A program made the translations under genes and the position numbers. 64,000 nucleotides of DNA from Macrostomum lignano (taxonomy: Eukaryota): NCBI GenBank assembly GCA_002269645.1, contig NIVC01003583.1, forward strand, positions 24,575 through 88,574, written 5' to 3'. Shown in pieces: positions 23,301 to 35,985 of the stretch (positions are counted from its first letter, which is position 1; every line of letters begins with the position of its first letter). The notes beneath the pieces were generated by a model. The model was not told the origin of the DNA. It saw only the letters and a list, made by a program, of their open reading frames with translations, and made no database searches.

Positions 23301-26255
23301 CTGATCGAGTATTTTAAGGCTCAAATCTAAATCGCCAAGCGTTAGTGGTTCCGAGGAGTAACGCTGAGAAATAAGTTCAAGCACACCTGCATAGTGCAAT
23401 GCCCTGAACTTTTGATTGACTCCAGCTGCCTTGAAGAAGCTGTCGCACTGAATGCCGCTTAGTTCGGAAGGCAAAACATGAAGAAATGGCTCGAATCCCG
23501 CATCAGATCTCGACAGACTCACTTGAGCAGCCCTAATGAAACCTGATGCAGACCAAATAATGTTCGGAGTCTGATTCACCATGTAAAAGACGCTATTCGC
23601 ATTGAGATAACCGGAAGAGATTTGGGCACTGAGGTGTCGATAAACGCACCGGCTCACTCGCAGAGTTTCTTCATTGCCAGCTTGGGTGCCGGCCAGAGCT
23701 ACCAGCTGCTTCCAAGCCACCTCATTGGCGACGTAACTCACGTTCAAAACTCCGATTTGAGCCAATAGATCTTGTCTGCTTGATGAGGTAACATCACGCA
23801 GCACTGTCTCGTCCAAAATAAGGTATGAAGCCGAAACGAGATCTTTGCAGCTGGCATCAAACAGCTGACAAGGCTGGAAAAGTTGCGTTTTTGGATACTG
23901 ATCAGCTCGCCAGACAAGGCAACTGTCGTTAGCTTTCTTCAAGGCAGGTAGAAATGCTACGTTTCTCAGCTGACCGATCGGCTGGTTTACAAACTTAGAG
24001 AGGAACGAATCCAAGTACGAAAGCAGCGCAACCGTGCGCTCAGTTCTCTGAGGCTCGGAGAGCGCAGCAACTGACTGAGCGCGACTCAGCAACTCGGCCC
24101 AATTGAGATCCGCACGGAGCCCGACTGTGCGGAGCGCTTTTAGCTGATCCGGTGTTTGCAGGTCGCTGTGAGGAAAAACGCTTGCGTTCATTTCAAACAG
24201 CTTTGCAGCCTGACAGCTGGTGTCCAGAAGCTGCAGAGGCTGACAAAAGGCGTTTCCAACGTTAGGAATGCAATAGGACTGCTTCAACGAATTCAAAACC
24301 TTTTGAGTAACAATTCTAGAAGCGGAGCTCCAGTCTGCATTGCCGCCTCCACTGATAACATTCAGTATGAATTTCAGCGCTTTAAAGCAGTCCTCAGAGT
24401 AGCCCGACTGCCACAAGCGAGGCATGTTCGGCACCAAATTAAGCAGCAGTGTCTCGCCCGACCACTGACGCTGCAGAATCTTGTTCGTCAGTCCCAGCTG
24501 CTCCACAGTTCGTCGAACTCCATCGGTCAACGATGCTACACCTTCGTGCTGACCCACGAGTCTCGTGGCGAGTCGACTCAAACAATCTGAAATCCCACCC
24601 AGTGACAGGATGCTGGGATCCAGAAACACTGTGTGTCCCAAACTATTCCAGCCGGCTGATGTGTGAAAGATTGACGCCTGACCGTCAAGCAGGGAAGCGT
24701 AGAACTTCTCAATAAGCGGCCTCCACACAGACTGAGTAGCTCTGTCGAATCGAGGCCACAGCTCTTGCGAAATCTCTGCATTTACCAAAGACATTCCACT
24801 TAGAATCTTCAGAGCGTCGATGTAGGCAGGACAAATGACGTCTGTGAGCAGCACTCGGTTCCACTCGCCGAGACTCCACACGCCCTGCTTCTCGTCGACC
24901 GTGACCTCGTTGAGGTGGCGTCGGCTCGAGGTGACGGAGAAGCTCGCGTTCAGCATCACTGGAAATGGATTTTCTACAGGCAGCGGTAGGAAACAGAACA
25001 GCAGCGAGGCCGGCTGTGTGTCATGTGACAGCGGCACAATCCTGTCAGACTGCTCGATGGGCAGCGCCACGGCTCCCACAGGCGCCAGTCCGAGACGACG
25101 CTGCTCCAACGCGACAACGAGCGACTGCCCAGTGGCGACAGCAGCGCACACGAGCCACACTCTGGTGGAGGCGACTGTGCTGATCTGGAACTGGTCATGA
25201 GCTGAGTCTCCAAGCTGAACCTCTACCTCGACAGTCGCTTGACAGCGATGTGCTTGATTTCGTCCAGACCTTCCTTGAGTAGCAGATTCGATCAGAGCTT
25301 CGGCTACCTTGAGAATAGAGCTCTGAGCAGCGAACTCTTTATCCGCCTGTGACATTCCTGCTATTGGCAGCGGTGGCAGTGCAATGGCATGTCGCTGGAA
25401 ATATTTGAGAGGGCTCTTGTGAACGCAGAACACGAGTTGAGTTTGATTTGAAGGATCGGTCGCATTGGACGGCAGGAACAGACACCGGAATGTTCGCACT
25501 GTCTGGGTGAACAAAAGCATCGTGTCAGCTTGCTCTGCAGCCAGTCTCAACAAGCCACGAATCTCCGAGTCAGAGTACACGCGATCGCAGATCTTCGACT
25601 TCGCTGCCTGAGTCTCAGTGCGCAGCGGAAGACGCAGCAGCGTGCCGGCGAAGTTTCCTTCATCCGCTTGCAGATTGCAGCCTGAGACTCCAGCGAACGG
25701 TGCAAACTGGTTGGCGTACTGATCCAGCAGACTCCGCTGTGCTTGAAAGTCGAGCTCAACTCCAGTGTCCCTGTCCCCGTGACTCGCGTACACCGTCTCC
25801 AAGTAGCCCTCGCCTCTGCGCTCACCATGCGGGTCGAGGATCAGCATGCGGTGTCGACTGAGGATCTGCGGCACGTCAGTCAGGTTGTACACCGAGTTGA
25901 AGCCCAGACCGAAGCGACCGACCTTGGCCGTCTTCTCCAGCTTGGTGGCTCCGCTCAGCTGCAGGATGTTGTCGAAGTCCTCGTCGCTGAAGGTGGCGTT
26001 GTTGAAGGCCCACAGCGCCCGTCCCTGACAGTCGGCCATCGCCGGATCGAGCAGCGACTCGGAGCCGCGCCAGTTTGAGTTCTTGCGACAGTCGTAGAGC
26101 ATGGTGAGCTCGGTGGCGCCCGCGTCGTCAGCGTTCTGCAGCAGCTCCTTGGGCACCGCCAGACCGTCAGAGTACTCGTCGAGCAGTCGCTTGAGTCGTC
26201 GGGTGAGCGGCTCGGACTGTCCACGCAGACGCAGGCCGTCGGAGGTCTGGGCCAT
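17327..26255 (-). CDS. SACS: Sacsin-like protein copy 2 (about 2,975 aa if frameshifts are corrected); 2 GHKL ATPase repeats, HPD-less J-like segment, HEPN
   Basis: ORF pieces 22200-26366 (Met at 26255, MAQTSDGLRLRGQSEPL), 21476-22132, 20991-21467, 19594-21087, 18599-19582, 18343-18738 and 17327-18385 are collinear with copies 1 and 3. The breaks are 1-2 nt indels, mostly homopolymer losses; no nonsense substitution seen. Confidence 0.88.
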
Positions 26256-28573
26256 TCTGGAGTGCGTAGGGTTTTTGAGTGATTTTAACTTTGATTGAAG
26301 TACATGAGAGTGCATGACTTGATGCACGGGTTTGCGTGATTGGCCATTGTGTTGTAAACTGTCCAATTGCTAGTGAGACAAATAACGAAGACAGAATGAC
26401 TAACACTTAGGAAGGCTATATTTAGCAAGAGGCGGGCAGTGAAAGTTTTAACGGTAAAAAGTCGTAAAAGGTAGGAAGAGAGAGACCAGGCTATATTTAA
26501 AGGTAATAAAACTGGACTTCTTCGTGCGCCATGCGCACGGAGAGGTCTAAAATATCGATCGTAAAATTATTATACGAAACGCCTTAAGTAAGCACGAAGC
26601 AGGAAAAATAAAAACGGCCCGATTTGGGGCCAACAAACGCAATATACACTCGTACATCGTAGAGTGAATAGGAAATGATACGAATATTGTCAATTTTAGA
26701 TAAATCTGACAGAAACCCAATCTTCTCTTTTCTTAGTTGTCGTGCAACTAACTTCGCATTCGACTCACATCAGACTTGAAATAATTTAAAATTGAAATAA
26801 ATTCAATATTGGTCGGAGGTTGCACGAAAGCTTTTCTTCTTGCCCGCTTGTTTCTGACTTTGATCTCAGCGGGATCTTTGTATCTCTCTCCTTAGTGCTC
26901 TCTCATTGGCTGAGCTGGATCGGGTCTGACCCCTAGGCTAAATTTCATCTGTCTTGCGTTCACTTGTGTACATCGACATGCTCGTTGTTCATCTTAACCC
27001 CGTGGGACAATATGCGGGGTCCTTTGCTAGCAAGAAATCTATCTGCTCGCCGAGATTTGCCAGCAGAAATCTGTTAGCGAAGATTTAGCTAGCCGAAATC
27101 TGCTAACGAGAGCCCTAACCAAAACTGGCGATCAGCAACTTGGCTAGCCGAACTTCGTGTAATTCGCCAGAGACAATTATGCTACGATGATTCGATTTGC
27201 GCTTAATCGCTCTATTGACTCATTTTGTCGTGTTGATCATAGATCTTATATTCCCTAGATAGGCCACTTTGTATGGCGGTAATACGGAAAGTTCGACCGC
27301 TGTTTTAGGTCACTTGTGCGAAAAAGCTGGCATGGGTTGCTTATAAATTTGAGTTCAGTAGCTTAGGGACATAGACGCTATTTTTGAGAATTTAATAGAA
27401 CTTCTCATGAATTGAATAAAAAGCTGCTCAATCAAACAACTAACAATGAGTAAATAAACAGCGGCCCCAGTGCGTGACAACGATTGTTTTGCGAGCGCCG
27501 GTAATGACATTAACACTAAAAAATAGTGCAGTAGAAACATTGCTATGCGCTTTCGTCTATGGTATTACTTGGCGCCGGAAGGAGTCGAGGAGGGGGGAGA
27601 GTGAGAATGAGGGTGTGGGGGCGAAGCCCCCACTTTCTACAATGAAATTTAAATAAACTTTAGTCTATGGCCCACATCGACATTAATATGCACTGTAGTT
27701 TTTTGATCCCATAAAGAGGGAGACAGAAGTTTTAAGAGAGCTGAGTAGAAAGACAGCAGATTTGATTGCTTGCATCTTTCATTTACACAAACAAAATCGA
27801 AATGGCTGCAGACGCAGAGCCAACTACAGTGGCAGAAGTTCTGCCTCCTCTATTTAACTACGGAGCTATGCCGAATGGTGAGATTTCAGGAGTAACATCC
27901 GGCGAATTCGACTTGATTTGCAAGTCCTTCGATCATGCCCAAGGTCATTAGACAGTCGAGATGCAGCGAACCGCTATAGATTGTCTGAGAAAAGCTGCTG
28001 GAGGCTTTCGCTATCTTCTGGCATGGAGCAGCTCTGGCATCATTGTCTATGGCCCGAAAGTTTGATCTTTGGTGTTGATTAGCAGTGACGCAAATTACAA
28101 TACATTGCGTCCTGCGAAGTTGTATTTTACATGCAATTGAAAATAACCCAAACAGAAGTTTCATTGTGGTACTTGCATGACAAGAATCTGGATGTACTTC
28201 ATATACACTACAAAATGAGTTTGATAATTCTATGCTCGTTGACACTTTTTAAAATGTGTTTCTACTTTGGTCAAGATAAACTTTTTTTCTTAAAGTGTTT
28301 AGGAAAAGGCCGATGGGGCTAAAATTATAAGCGTTTCCAAGAACTCAATCATAAAATTTGAAGCCAGGTAGTTCAGGTAGTTAGGTTTTAACGTATCTAC
28401 ACAATTCTCAGTCTAAATAGCAGTACGAGCATATTTACTCATACGAATCAAAGCGGCTCAAATCGAAATCAAAACACGCAACAGATAAGAGAGCAAAGCA
28501 GCAAGTTCGGCCAGCAAATTACTACTAAAAGCTTGGCACTCCTACTCCACCATATGCGCCTGAGGAGAAAATC

Positions 28574-28996
28574 CACAGATACTAAAATATCTAGATGGGC
28601 CACTCAGGCACATTTTTTTACTTAGTAAAACAGCTTTCTACTTCCAGTTCAGTAGCAAAGAAGAATATATCAGCTATTTTAGAAAAGTAAAGGCAGCTGA
28701 AACGACTGATTAAGTTTTGAAGCCCAACCTTGAGGACGTGCATGTACTTGCTAATTGGTTCAGCAATATGTACCTTAGCCCGTCCACTGAAATGTACATG
28801 GCAGCTTTAGGTTGGAATTCCGAAAAAGACAATAAAAATTGGGGCGGGGCGGCGAATAGTGTGGAAACGCTGGGACTAAGAGCCAATTAATGAGCCTTGG
28901 TTTTAATATTTCATTAAATGATTAATTCTGCTTTACTTACTACTGCACTGAAAGTAGATGTGCTGAGTGGCCCATCCAGTTATTACAGTATCTGTG
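28574..28996. mobile_element. MITE of a CACAG-ended family (about 420 bp)
   Basis: Left cacagatactaaaatatctagatgggccactcaggcaca pairs with right tgtgctgagtggcccatccagttattacagtatctgtg; the interior matches 35986-36443 (reverse orientation) and 47665-47872. Confidence 0.8.
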
Positions 28997-29000
28997 CTTG

Positions 29001-29708
29001 CACTGACCCAAATCCCTCCCTCAGCACTGACCCCAAACACTCAGCACTGACCCCAGTCCCTCACTCAGCACTGACCCCAGCACTCAGAACTGACCCCAGT
29101 CCCTCATTCAGCACTGACCCCAGCACTCAGCACTGACCCCAGCACTCAGAACTGACCCCAGTTTCTCACTCAGCACTGACCCCAAGTACTCAGCACTGCA
29201 CCAGTCCCTCACTCAGCACTGACCCCAGTCCCTCGGCCTCACTCAGCACTGACACCAGTCCCTCACTCAGCACTGGCACCAGTCCCTCACTCAGCACTGA
29301 CACCAGTCCCTCACTCAGCACTGACCCCAAGTACTCAGCACTGCACCAGTCCCTCACTCAGCACTGACCCCAGTCCCTCACTCAGCACTGACCCCAGTTC
29401 CTCACTCAGCACTGACCCCAGTCCCTTACTCAGCACTGACCCCAGTTCCTCACTCAGCACTGACCCCAGTTCCTCACTCAGCACTGACCCCAGTCCCTTA
29501 CTCAGCACTGGCACCAGTCCCTCACTCAGCACTGACACCAGTCCCTCACTCAGCACTGGCACCAGTCCCTCACTCAGCACTGACACCAGTCCCTCACTCA
29601 GCACTGACCCCAAGTACTCAGCACTGCACCAGTCCCTCACTCAGCACTGACACCAGTCCCTCCCTCAGCACTATCCCAGTTTCTCTCAGCACTGCAGCAT
29701 AGACACCA
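29001..29708. repeat. 24-bp minisatellite (cactcagcactgaccccagtccct)n, about 29 units
   Basis: Unit spacing of 24 nt checked at 29351/29375; ends at the accagcgt anchor of the dispersed core. Confidence 0.95.
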
Positions 29709-30350
29709 GCGTAACTATAAGCAGGTACACATGCACGCAGAAATGGCCAAAAGTTCCCTAATTTCAAATCACAATTTTAGTGACATTATTTTTTGCAGTA
29801 ACTCGGCAACGAAAAATGGAGCTGTATAAAAAAGTTCTTACCGTTTGTATCAAAAGAGGTTTGGAAAAACAATAGGTGGAATTGATTTTTTTCTTAGAGA
29901 AGTTTCACGATCGAGTAACTACTCAATTGATTGCGAGCTGTTAACGATATCAGTGCATTGTGTGTATCATTATATACTGTCGCTTTCCTAACGAGATGTC
30001 ATTTCCAGGAAATTCACCGTGCATTACCGGTACGTACACGAATTTCTGGTAAATAGGCCAACCAGACTCACTGAGCTTATAAGTGGGAGAATTTTCTATC
30101 ACTACCAACTCTGCCCAACTCCCAGTCCCAGCATGCACAGTTTAAGGGGATCGAAAATTAGTCAGGAGAAATGGACTTACAAATGTGCGCCATTCTTTCA
30201 GTATACCCGTGGAAGCATAGCAACAAAACATTCCAGGGGTAGAAAGTCGAGAATACAGTACTATTGACATCACCGCTATTGTCTCCAGCTGTTACTGTCT
30301 TCACAGCTACAGTCTCAGTCGCTATTGTGTTTCCTGCGACAATGCCCCAA
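29700..30350. repeat. Dispersed non-coding repeat core, copy b
   Basis: Homologous to 11454-12215 and 51440-52105; its end (tattgacatcaccgcta...ctgtct) also matches 54590-54680. Confidence 0.7.
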
Positions 30351-30398
30351 GCACTCCTCTGGCGGGCAAGCGTCGTCACATTACATGCAGAGTGTCAG

Positions 30399-30504
<106 letters not shown>

Positions 30505-30859
30505 TGAGTGACTGAGTGAGGAGAGGCCGCTAACCTCCTCTCCGTTCCCCACGCCTCTACCTCTGCTCACCCCATCTCTCGTGCCATAGAATGAGGAATA
30601 ATTCTTGATAACTAACGCCAGTTCCATCGCCATTGCCAGTCAGCTTTCAGTTCATTGATGAGAAGTATCTGTAGCGAGTTTAAACGAATGAGCCGTAAAG
30701 GCGATGGTTCTTTGGCTTTATTTTTGTTAAACAGTTTTCAGTATGAAAAAATTCTGGCTTGAATAAATGCAATGCTGGGTGCTTTTTATTTATACACAAT
30801 TTCATACAAAATGTTAAAGTCCGGGAATATTCGGGAAGCATGTGCGCGGGAGTTTACAT

Positions 30860-31451
30860 CACAGAATATACACAGAATGGCGAATCCCGCATTTTGAGAA
30901 AATTTCTTGCACAAGAATGATATTCTATACTGGCTACTCTTGTTGTGAAAAGAAACTAAGTAGGCTGAATGGCACTTTACCAATTCTTTGCCATTTATTG
31001 CGGGTTCCACAGAATATAGGAAGGCTTGATGAACCAACCCACCCCCTTCTAAACTGTGCTATTTTTAGAAACTACCTTAAGGCTGGCCCTGCCTTCTGCT
31101 GCGCTTTAAGTTAGTGCCATTAAAACTTAACCTTGCTGTTATATGTTTGTTACTTTTGTTTTTTAGCTTACATGTACATGGCAATGAGGTTATAACAGTT
31201 CTTACTACTGCTCATGACTTTGCGGACGCACCGTTTGAACAAATTAATTACAATGATGGCGCAGCATTCATCTGCAGCGTCAAAACGATGATTCAGAGCT
31301 TTCAAAGGCTGTCTTGAGCTCAACTTTTACATTCAACTTTGCGTTTAAAAAATCGCAGCTACTTATCAGCTTCACAACGTTAGTAGTGCAATCGCATTTA
31401 TTTTCGCTTTCATAGAGAACTGCCGATTCGCCATTCTGTGTATGTTCTGTG
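30860..31451. mobile_element. TIR-bounded non-autonomous element (about 590 bp)
   Basis: cacagaatatacacagaatggcgaatc at 30860 is the near-perfect reverse complement of gattcgccattctgtgtatgttctgtg ending at 31451; no clear TSD. Confidence 0.65.
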
Positions 31452-31654
31452 GTTTAAATTGCCTAATTTAGAATGTTGTTTACACGCAAATTTGTAGAAC
31501 GCGTTCACTTTTGTACGCGCACGGCCATGTCTCGAAATCCTCTTTGAGATCGAATTCTCCATCGAATTCTCCATCGAATTTTACGTCGAATTCTCCCTCA
31601 GAGAAACATTTCTCTAGTAAACCCCGAAACATTGATACGGATAGCTTCCAGCAG

Positions 31655-31810
31655 AAGTATAGCCTGGAAGCGCCTAGAGGGGAGTGGAGCCCGGGAGAGA
31701 GATGAAGGAGGGATAGAGTGAGAGAGAGAGGGAGAGGCAGGGAGAGATGCAAGGCCGTAGGGCGCCAGCCAATGGTAGGGGGGGGGGTCGATATCGATAC
31801 ACACCTCCCC
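31655..31810. repeat. GA-rich dispersed repeat shared with 53020-53200
   Basis: agtata..c.gg.agcgccta...gagcccgg...gagagagatg...gagaggcagggagagatgca...gccagc.aatgg...cgatat.gat shared between the two sites. Confidence 0.6.
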
Positions 31811-32075
31811 TCTATAAATGAAAGGTATTGGGAAAGCAATTGGGTAACCCACGAGAAGATTTAGGATTAAAACGAATATACTTTTAAGGGTAATGATCAC
31901 AACTGTCAAATATCCTCACGCTGGGAAAAATTCAAACAAACAGGCCGAAATCTTACGTGATTGATGGCACGACAAATATCAGGGGAAAAGCGCCAGTCAC
32001 GTGATTCACCAGATCAGTTGTCGCTTAAATGAAGTAAATGAAATAATCGAATTTTGATTATTTACGACATGAAAA

Positions 32076-32255
32076 CAGAAGCGCAACCAAGGGGGGCAGG
32101 GGCGGGGAACACCACCCCCTAGGCAGAGACCTGGAAATCAAAAAGGGGGGCCAAGCGCATTTTCAGCAAAATACAGAACCACCCTCCGCCCACCCCTCTA
32201 GGGTCTTTACCCTCCAGAATAGGCCCCCTTCAACAAATTTCTGGATGCGCCACTG
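32076..32255. mobile_element. Short hAT-type MITE (180 bp)
   Basis: Imperfect TIRs cagaagcgcaaccaa / ctggatgcgccactg; perfect 8-bp TSD catgaaaa at 32068-32075 and 32256-32263. Confidence 0.8.
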
Positions 32256-33040
32256 CATGAAAAAGTATGCTGGGATAAAATCCCAAGCAAAAGAGGAAAA
32301 AACATGAGAGAAAGTACAAAAAATTAATGGAGGCGATAATTATTAAAAAAAGAAGAGAGTAGAAAAGCAAACAAAAAAATCATATTGCTACTGTCATTAG
32401 TAAGTGCAGTACATCAAAGGAACTCATGTGTCCTCACACCAGTACTGACTGTCCATCCTCATCATATTTAAGCTTTAATTTCTTCTTGAACAGCTTTAAA
32501 ATCTGTTTTTCTTTACATCTTAGATTTGCCGAGTTTCTGAATTTAATCACGTGATCCAATTCTAAGCACTAGGATAGGAGCTAATGCTGATGAAATGTTG
32601 ATGACCCACGCATTGACGCAAAAAAGCCGTCGTCGTTGGTAGGTAGAACGATCCGCAGCACCCAGTCAAGCACTGCAGAACGAACAGGAACGGCACAATC
32701 GCGTAGGTATCACTTTACATGTGCCTTTAAAGTTTTTAAGCAACAGAAAATTGTTAGAAGAGAAGTCATTTAGAAAACCAATTTAAAAAAGTAGAAAACA
32801 TTGCCACTGCTAAACAATAAAAAACAAGAAACACGCGTTTTTAGGCTTGATCACCCCGTCATGTGATGACTGTTTCGATTTTTAAAAATTTCGTTTTAAA
32901 ACGAAAATGAAAACGGAAACAAAAATAATTTTCCGTTTGTTCCATCAAGCTGATTACTTTTAGCACTCCTTCAACACACAGTTTACAGTTGAAGTACTTT
33001 AACGATGTTGTTTTACGAGGGTAGCCAAGTAAACAGTACC

Positions 33041-33455
33041 AAACCCAACCGACCTAGTGAGAAAAACTAAGATGCACAAGGATATAAGTACGGATGCTTT
33101 GTGTACGCCAGAGTGCTGTAGAAACATCCTGTTGAAGTCGAGAATCCATGGAGCAGTGAGTACATCATTGACATAGGCGAAAGTGCTCACGTCAAAGCCA
33201 CGACAGCTGAGCTGTTCGTACTCAAAAAGCAACCAGCTTCACTTTATTCATCGGCTCCAGATGGAAACATGGATGTCAGAGCGTCCATTGACTATCTGTT
33301 GAGCAGTGCAGCTTCGCTATCGTCTGAACAGCAGTGTCAAGTAGTACTAACTCATTTGAACAGAATTTGAATGCGCTGCTGAGCATACCTTGACTCACCA
33401 AATCCATAATCTCATTGACGAGTGGCAGCAGCATTGGTGCAGAAGGCTGAGCCTG
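33041..33455 (+). pseudogene. Old inverted relic of the sacsin-like C-terminal region (pre-J and J-like segment)
   Basis: Manual translation: KPNRPSEKN*DAQGYKYGCFVYARVL*KHPVEVENPWSSEYIIDIGESAHVKATTAELFVLKKQPASLYSSAPDGNMDVRASIDYLLSSAASLSSEQQCQVV, then after a frameshift ECAAEHTLTHQIHNLIDEWQQH. This aligns with the array's PDRPRD...GRLVYARVVERHPGGSDNPWTSEFTIEFG...VDHLLSSAASLPTKQQHQIF...AANHVWTRQFDQCIGGWREQ. Confidence 0.85.
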
Positions 33456-34589
33456 TAGCACCAAAATGAGTGCCTTCGGCGCTAAAATTAGCGCAGACAA
33501 CACCGATACTCAAAATAATGTACAAGTAGGAATCTGTCATGTACACGTAAAATTCTTGTCTTTAACTCCCCCCCCACTATAAAATCCATGGCGACACACC
33601 TGCGCCAAACTGCTGCTAGACTGCTCTTGAACTGTTGTCACACTTCTACATGTACGAGCTACCTTAGAAGTTTGCATCTAGTTGACCCGATTCACTGCCG
33701 TCACTTCGTCAATCAGACTCCTTCACCCTATTATTAGTTTCATTTTTATCACGCAGCGGTAACACAGCTGTCTGACTGTTGACTGTGCTGTTTCACTGTG
33801 GCAACACTGTTTTTACAGTCCTGCAATGATTGTTGCGGAGAGACAATTGAGATCACGAAATAAACACACAATTAGGAACCATTGAGACAAAAAACTGAAG
33901 AATCGATTAAAACTAAAGTTTGACCAAAAATTCCAGCATTGTGTTTATTGAAAAAACCACAAACTGAATCGATTTTTTTGCATTTTATTAGTGCAACAGT
34001 GGTTGAATATTATTTGCTTAAATATAGCCATTGTGCCGAGGCGCGAGAAAAAAAACTGGATAAAAACTTAATTGGATAAATATAGTTCAGAATGAACAGA
34101 GAGATTAGCGGCTAATGGTTATCAATGATTAATTTTAGGTAGATTATTATCCACCGCTGAACCGTACATAATGACATTAAGGAGAGCCAACTGCTCAACC
34201 CATGACAACGCAAAATGATAAGCAGAGGAAGGCGGTGGATCAGCACAGAAACTAAGTTTAGCTACAGGTAATCCTTGAAATAAAACATTGATAACCTTAT
34301 AGCATTATAAAGTAAAGTTGAAATGAAAACTTTATGAATGAAAACTAGAAAACTATTTTCTATTCTCTAATTTTCATCTTTCAAATATTTTTAAAGGTCA
34401 TTTTTAGAAATTGGTGGTAGGGAATAAATGAGTGAATTAAAGATTCAGTAGAAACAAAACTACTCATGCCAGACTGCTGTCACTGTTTGCTCTAACGAGC
34501 TGTCGACCGTCTCACACTTATTTCAAGCCTCAAGATTACTGCCACCTGTTTTATAGAACTACCAAATTACGAGTTGGATCCGTAAAGCA

Positions 34590-34690
34590 TAAATAATAAA
34601 TATGAATCTAATAATAAATATAATAAATATAATAAATAAATAATAAATATGAATAAATATGAATTATATAGTTAATAAATTATATAAACC
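34590..34690. repeat. AT-rich low-complexity (AATAAAT-like) tract
   Basis: Direct observation. Confidence 0.6.
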
Positions 34691-34859
34691 TACTAACTAC
34701 TTACTATCTAAGCAGTAGTGTATTGAACAATAGTCCCTTGAATAAAAAAGCATAGCATGAATAAATTTAAACTACCAGAGCTGAGCAAAAGGGTATCTGG
34801 ATACGAACAGACAGTAGCTAATAGTGAACATACAACTGACAGGCACATCTTAAAAGTAC

Positions 34860-35689
34860 TGTGACGTTGCTAGTTTAAGTGGTCCCGCAAAAGGGCCGTT
34901 GGACTATAGTTTCCCTTGCTATTTCTCATTTTAATTTCTCCAATAGTTTATTTTAACGTTTACTTATAGTAGCGTGCAAATAATCTGTATCAACTGCTAT
35001 TTCACTGTGTATTTGATAGACCTTGCGCCCGTCTGTGAATTTTGGCACGATCGATAATTTCAAGTTCTCTCGCCAGCCAATGAAAACTCTCCGTGTTTTA
35101 CGCTACCCCCCTTTTGCGCTCTTTATTAACCCTCGCCTGGCGGGCTGGGGGTTTCACTCGTCCCTGTTCTTGTGTTCTGTGTTCTCTCTCCTTAGGCTTG
35201 TCCTCCGTCCCGTCTGGCTTGCCTAGCCTTGTCTAGCCTTGTTTTCCTTCTCTCTGTCTGGCTGCCTCGAGCCTCCTTATCTCACGCCACGGCTGACGCC
35301 AACCTCGCCACTGCTCATCTGCCTGCCTACTGCGTCTCACTGCCTTCACTGTGCTCATTGCCATTGCTCCTCACGTTACGTCGCCATTGCATCATTCGTC
35401 TGCCACTTGACTTCACATTCAATTTATCTTCAAAAACCATTGTTGCAGCCGCCAGTGCCCAGAAAGCTATAGTTTGTGAATTGACAGTAATAGCCAAGCC
35501 TAATATTGATACTACCAATAAAAACAACTACGGCAGTTCCTGCCTTTATCGCCAAGTGCTCCGCTACAAAATCCGCTTTACAAGAGTTGACTTCAACTTA
35601 TTTTGAGACTACGACTCACTACAACTCTCGTCAAAACGGCCCTTTTAAGGGTCATAGCCATAGTTAGCCGCTACGCCAATAACGTGACA
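34860..35689. mobile_element. Solo LTR (830 bp)
   Basis: Starts tgtgacgtt and ends aacgtgaca (TG...CA with short inverted ends); 4-bp TSD gtac at 34856-34859 and 35690-35693; empty site ttttaaaagtactttcctc in the copy 2 flank near 16812-16830. Confidence 0.85.
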
Positions 35690-35741
35690 GTACTTTCCTC
35701 TTTCCACACGCATCTATAACCTTCCTGACGAGTTATCGCCA

Positions 35742-35747
35742 TTTATT
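35742..35747 (-). terminator. Candidate polyadenylation signal (AATAAA) for sacsin-like copy 3
   Basis: Same cgccatttattgttggcc context as copy 2. Confidence 0.4.
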
Positions 35748-35985
35748 GTTGGCCTTTTGCCTCAGTCAATTGTTTGTTTGTTGAATAACTTAAATGGAAT
35801 ATTTTAAACAATACAGCAAGCTAAGTGTGAAGTATGCAGCGATAAATATTATTTCGTAGAAATTGGTCTACCTCTAAACACCATACTTTTTTATTAAACA
35901 TAATTAGCACGCATTTCAATTGGACATGTCTCCTGAGCTGCTCATTGTCATAAACAAAGTTGTATCGCAATTCCTCACTTGAATC

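Noticed and set aside
29001-29708. Regular 24-bp repeats (also the 22-, 28- and 16-bp arrays) as a possible CRISPR array
   Set aside because: Units are directly adjacent with no unique spacers, there are no cas genes, and the context is eukaryotic.
35023-35606. ORFs of 66-125 aa
   Set aside because: They lie inside the solo LTR and show no gag/pol or other motifs.
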